In this document: piece after piece, positions 59,750-64,000 of the stretch
Numbering within the stretch: position 1 is the first letter of the stretch
How the letters are laid out: every line of letters begins with the position of its first letter
Assembly: GCA_020137815.1 (NCBI GenBank)
Contig: CM035353.1
Coordinates: 1,612,001 to 1,676,000 of the forward strand
Length of the DNA stretch: 64,000 nucleotides
Direction of reading: 5' to 3'
Source of the DNA: Hormiphora californensis
Lineage: Eukaryota > Animalia > Ctenophora
Notes under the pieces: generated by a model
What the model saw: the letters and a program-made list of their open reading frames with translations, nothing else
Database searches by the model: none
What the model was told of the DNA's origin: nothing
Translations under genes and position numbers: made by a program

Positions 59750-62249
59750 TCTCTCTCATCTCTCTCTCCCTCTCATCTCTCTCGCTCTCTCTCTCTCTCC
59801 CTCTCTCTCTCCCTTCTCTCTCTGTCTTTTCTTAAATGGTTACCTTGGCAACGTCCCGAAGAGAGAAGCGCAGCAGCAAACGGCAAACAACTTTGGTAAT
59901 GCGCTGTTCTGTGGACGGATAGAAGGGGAGAGAAAGATAGAGAGAACGAAAGAAAGAGAGAACGAAAGAAAGAACGAAACAGAGGGAAATAAAGGACTAA
60001 TTAAAATAGTTTTAGAATGGAGTTAGAAATGAAATCCCGAAACATAAAACATGCTATTTAGTTTGATTCAAAACCCAAAAGAAGTTAAAAAGAAAGAAAG
60101 ATTGAGTAATAGAGAGAGACACGTGTCCAATATGATCAAACTGTGTAAAAAGTTTTCGATGCTTTGGCCTGTACCATGTCCAGCATGTTGTACTGTAAAG
60201 GAGGGTTAAAACATAACAAGTACTGTTTTCGATGACTTTAGAGGCTCAAAACCACAAAATGGTAAAAATGTATAAATTATTAATTATATACGAATGATAA
60301 AGGAATAATAGTTGTAATTTGTATGTTATGCTATTAGACGAATCAGAGTGAACTTATCACAAATGCATGATAGCTGCGGAAGAAGGTTTAGCATGCGCTA
60401 TATAATCTTCTTACATACAAGTTACTATTATTGGATGCTGTCTTGTTTGAGTAACATAAGGATCACATATTATAAGCTGCACTGATCTGTAACAATTATA
60501 TATTTTAGAATATGAAACAGTAATTCGTTAAATGATAGATTATCATCCAATGTCGAAACGAAATTATCAAAATAGCATTATACATACGTGAATTTAATAA
60601 AACATCTTCATTGGTAGTTTGCAATTGATGAAATATTACTAATGCTGCATTCGGTGAACAGAGAATGGCAGTATCTATTTGTATATATGTCAAATTATAG
60701 TTGAACTATAATCACCAGTTAACATGAAATGTGTCTCCAATCGACGTTTCCTGGACTTCATGGAGATCAATATGAGTTACGCTGTGCTAATATAGTAGAG
60801 ATCTGATCGATAAATAAAAGAGAGATCTGATCAGTTCACCGTTCAGTTCCGTCAACGAGAGGAAGAAAACAATTCAGGAGATGTTGAGAAGAAAGCAAGG
60901 TTACATGAAGGCATTATTGAATCATATTATATGTGTACAAATTAAGGATCACATGTAATGTGTGATCTAAAAAGCATATGCTTTTTAGATGAACTACACA
61001 TTATAATAAGAGGCATATGCGGTTCATGTATTATAATTAGGATTGTAATTTGTTACCATCTTACTACTTAGCAGAGCTATTATACTATCCATCTCTTTTT
61101 CCCACTAAATTACCCTTTTCCTTCTTCTCTCCATGCACACACGTACTAATTGGAATACGCATGGTTTCTTTTTGTTCTACGTTAAATTTAGTTAGGCCGT
61201 GGTCGAGAGAAAAGCAATATTCGAGCGATTACCACTTGAATTGGTGTGCTTCAATATCTTGTGTGTATGTGCTTCGGTTTGGTGAGCAGTCCGACCGGGA
61301 TTTGTGATCGCTTTTTGTGATTCATAGTGATAATATAATATCACATCCCATCACCATGACATTTAGTTTGTAAATTGAGGGCACCTGATATATACATGTA
61401 TGGAAGTTGTATACATTCTTTCCGTGTGGCTTAAGATCTGATTTCAAGATAGATCCGATTTCGAATGTTTATCTCATCACAGATTTCATACAAACCTAAT
61501 TCCTGATACCGATATAATACTGTTTCTGTAGAACAATATATTGTTTTATTGGTTGTCCAATGGTAATCCCTGTTCATCGGTGCAAGGGATATGGTTCTCC
61601 CTTGTAGGCAACCCTTTAAACCTTAGCTATATATAACACTACAATTTGTGAATAGCTATATGAATAAAAACTATGTATAATATGACATCAGATCGCATTA
61701 TGAAGAATTAACGTAGTAGTAATTATCTCAACTGCACAACATAATATGCCGCATGTCACTTCTCTATCTCCATGAGTGTTTGACATTTAACGTGCATCAA
61801 GTTATCACACATACACACACACACACACACTCACACACGCATACTGACACAAGCAAGCTGCGTATAGATTGATCCCTCATGTGATTTCGTGTGTACTCCT
61901 ATCTCAGTTATGTATAATATGTATGGTGGCTTTAAGTAATCTGTTAATATCAGCCTCTTTCTAAATCTAGCCCATATTAATCTACTAATTTGTTAATTTA
62001 TTAGATTCCCACATTGTATCATTCTTATCCTGTACGGATATAAATTAGAGAACCTGTATGAATTATAACAGCTCTTACTATTAGTAATTTTCCAAATCTT
62101 GCATTCCTATAAATAGTAACGGCGTAACGGTGAGTGCATCATAAGAAAGACATCGGTTACACATGTATCCAGAGTGTGTGAGCGGGTGTTCAGCTAGGCT
62201 ATTAATCGTTACTGCAGTAACAAGTGCTGCCATGTCGATGTGTTACATT

Positions 62250-62379
62250 CCCTCTCTCTCTCTCACTCCCGCTCTCTTTCTCTCACTATCTCTCATTCAC
62301 TTTCTCTATCTCTCTCACCATCTCTCACTCACGCTCTCTTTCTCTCTCGCTCGCCACTTCTCTCACTATCTCTCATTCA

Positions 62380-62463
<84 letters not shown>

Positions 62464-62477
62464 CTCTCTCTCACTCA

Positions 62478-62512
<35 letters not shown>

Positions 62513-62515
62513 CAC
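62250..62515. repeat. (CT)n microsatellite; similar arrays at ~14650, 15980, 20010, 38950, 41833, 59675 and 62928
   Basis: Direct inspection. Confidence 0.95.
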
Positions 62516-62926
62516 TTCTTTATCGTCATACCTTGCCTGTTCTAATGTGCGAGTGTTTGCTTGTAATCGACCCACATAACATACTGTCGCCGCTAGATTG
62601 AAAACAACAAAATACTGCACCTATTATAAGCTTCATTCTATGTAGTATTATTAGGCTACCTCGCAGCTTATATAGTATGTATTACTGGAGAGTCGAGCTG
62701 TCTGTCCTAAGGATCCCGGATCCGCGGGATGTTGGAATAGACAGCAATTATACGGGGGTTAATGATGATGTCGATGCAACAATTAGAAAGTGTAGGGTTC
62801 TTGGTGTGTTCTATAATTATGCCATCTTTGCAGTGTAATAGTGTGTACACTGTACACGTGCAAAGTGACCTCATGGTGCTTCAGGCCATATTGTATTGTT
62901 GAACATATTGTACACGTTAGAATAGA

Positions 62927-62981
<55 letters not shown>

Positions 62982-64000
62982 CTCTCTCTCTCTCTCTCCT
63001 CTCCCTCATGAGCTTCTTTGTTCTGTCAACACAGGGACCACGCATGTCTTGTGTTCGTTTTGTGCCTTGAAATAGCAACTTTTGAAACGTGAAGCTTTTT
63101 GTTCTTGATCAAAATTGGGACAACTATTGAAATCTGGATCAATCCAATGAATGTTTCATCAACTTTGCGTTTTACCACTTGTATTATACATGTGTACAGA
63201 CCTATTATATATATGATAGTAAAGATCATAGACAAATGGGAGAGTAGCAATGTAGAGTCTACGTACAAATGCTCTAGATGCTCTAAACCTAAAGCTATGT
63301 ACAGTGTACACACAATATACACACGGTGTGTAACATTTGTACCCCTCGGGACTTGCACTGTGCTTGTTCAACTTTATATTATACTCTACAATACTACATA
63401 ATTATTGTCTCTATGAGATAGCTATTAGTCGTGTCATGCTCTTATTATTACTACTTGCTGAACTGATAATATGCTAGATGATACTTACATTCACTTGCAG
63501 TCTTTTTGCAGCCTTTTAATGTAGCCTTATTAGGAGCGACGTTCTACCCCCCCCCCTCCCCCGTCGGAATACGTTTCAAGCAACATTATGCTGGGATCAT
63601 CTTCCTATTAATATATTTTATCTTGCTATAACATATTCTATACTTGTGTGTGCCTTGTTCCTTAAGTTGCTAGTGGGGCAGCTCCCATCAACAAGTGTGT
63701 TATACAACATGGGTAACGTCATCTATGCCAACCTTCCCCTTGAAGAGCTTGAGCCACCTCTATCCAACGGTTTCCAAGGTAATAGAATTCTCCAAATCCC
63801 CCAAGAAGGTACTGCAGTACAATGGAAGATGTTGCGCAGGAGCTAGTTAGGAGGTCCCGAAACGGAGCGGCCCTTATCCGGGAGCAGTCCCGACAAGGAG
63901 CTACAATGATAAAGGAGCAGTCCCGGCAAGGCGCAACTATGATAAGGAATCAATCGCGGGAAAAAGCACGACGGTTACAGCACGTGGCTGCTAAGATGTC

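Noticed and set aside
63026-63846. Short ORFs near the window end
   Set aside because: No recognisable motifs and no consistent exon chain.

Overview
Eukaryotic (animal) genomic DNA, intron-rich and repeat-dense. From memory, two abundant MITE families here resemble repeats that contaminate Pleurobrachia/Hormiphora (ctenophore) gene models; this was not verified. Host genes: a spliced type-II membrane coiled-coil (GOLM-like) gene with a small secreted SSEAPF-repeat gene nested antisense in one intron; a single-exon F-box/LRR gene followed 189 bp later by a spliced Gfo/Idh/MocA (inositol-2-dehydrogenase-like) gene; a gene with two uncharacterised ~135-aa domains plus a Sushi domain; a disordered phosphotyrosine-motif scaffold; an F-type-lectin/discoidin gene broken by an insertion; and a Cys-rich secreted orphan. 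Mobile DNA: two divergent CRE-clade (RLE) retrotransposon 3' fragments that end in the same identical 146-nt hairpin module and sit in telomere-like targets; two ORF1-only LINE derivatives with (TTA)n tails, one intact with a 6-bp TSD inside a lectin exon; an inverted pair of Penelope elements, each with a minimal hammerhead-like motif; and many foldback/MITE elements (TTAA Kolobok-like, TA Tc1/mariner-like, 8-bp hAT-like). Three tracts (~20.2-23.3, ~31.15-38.45 and ~48.3-49.7 kb) look like unpolished long-read sequence, so ORFs there are not trusted.
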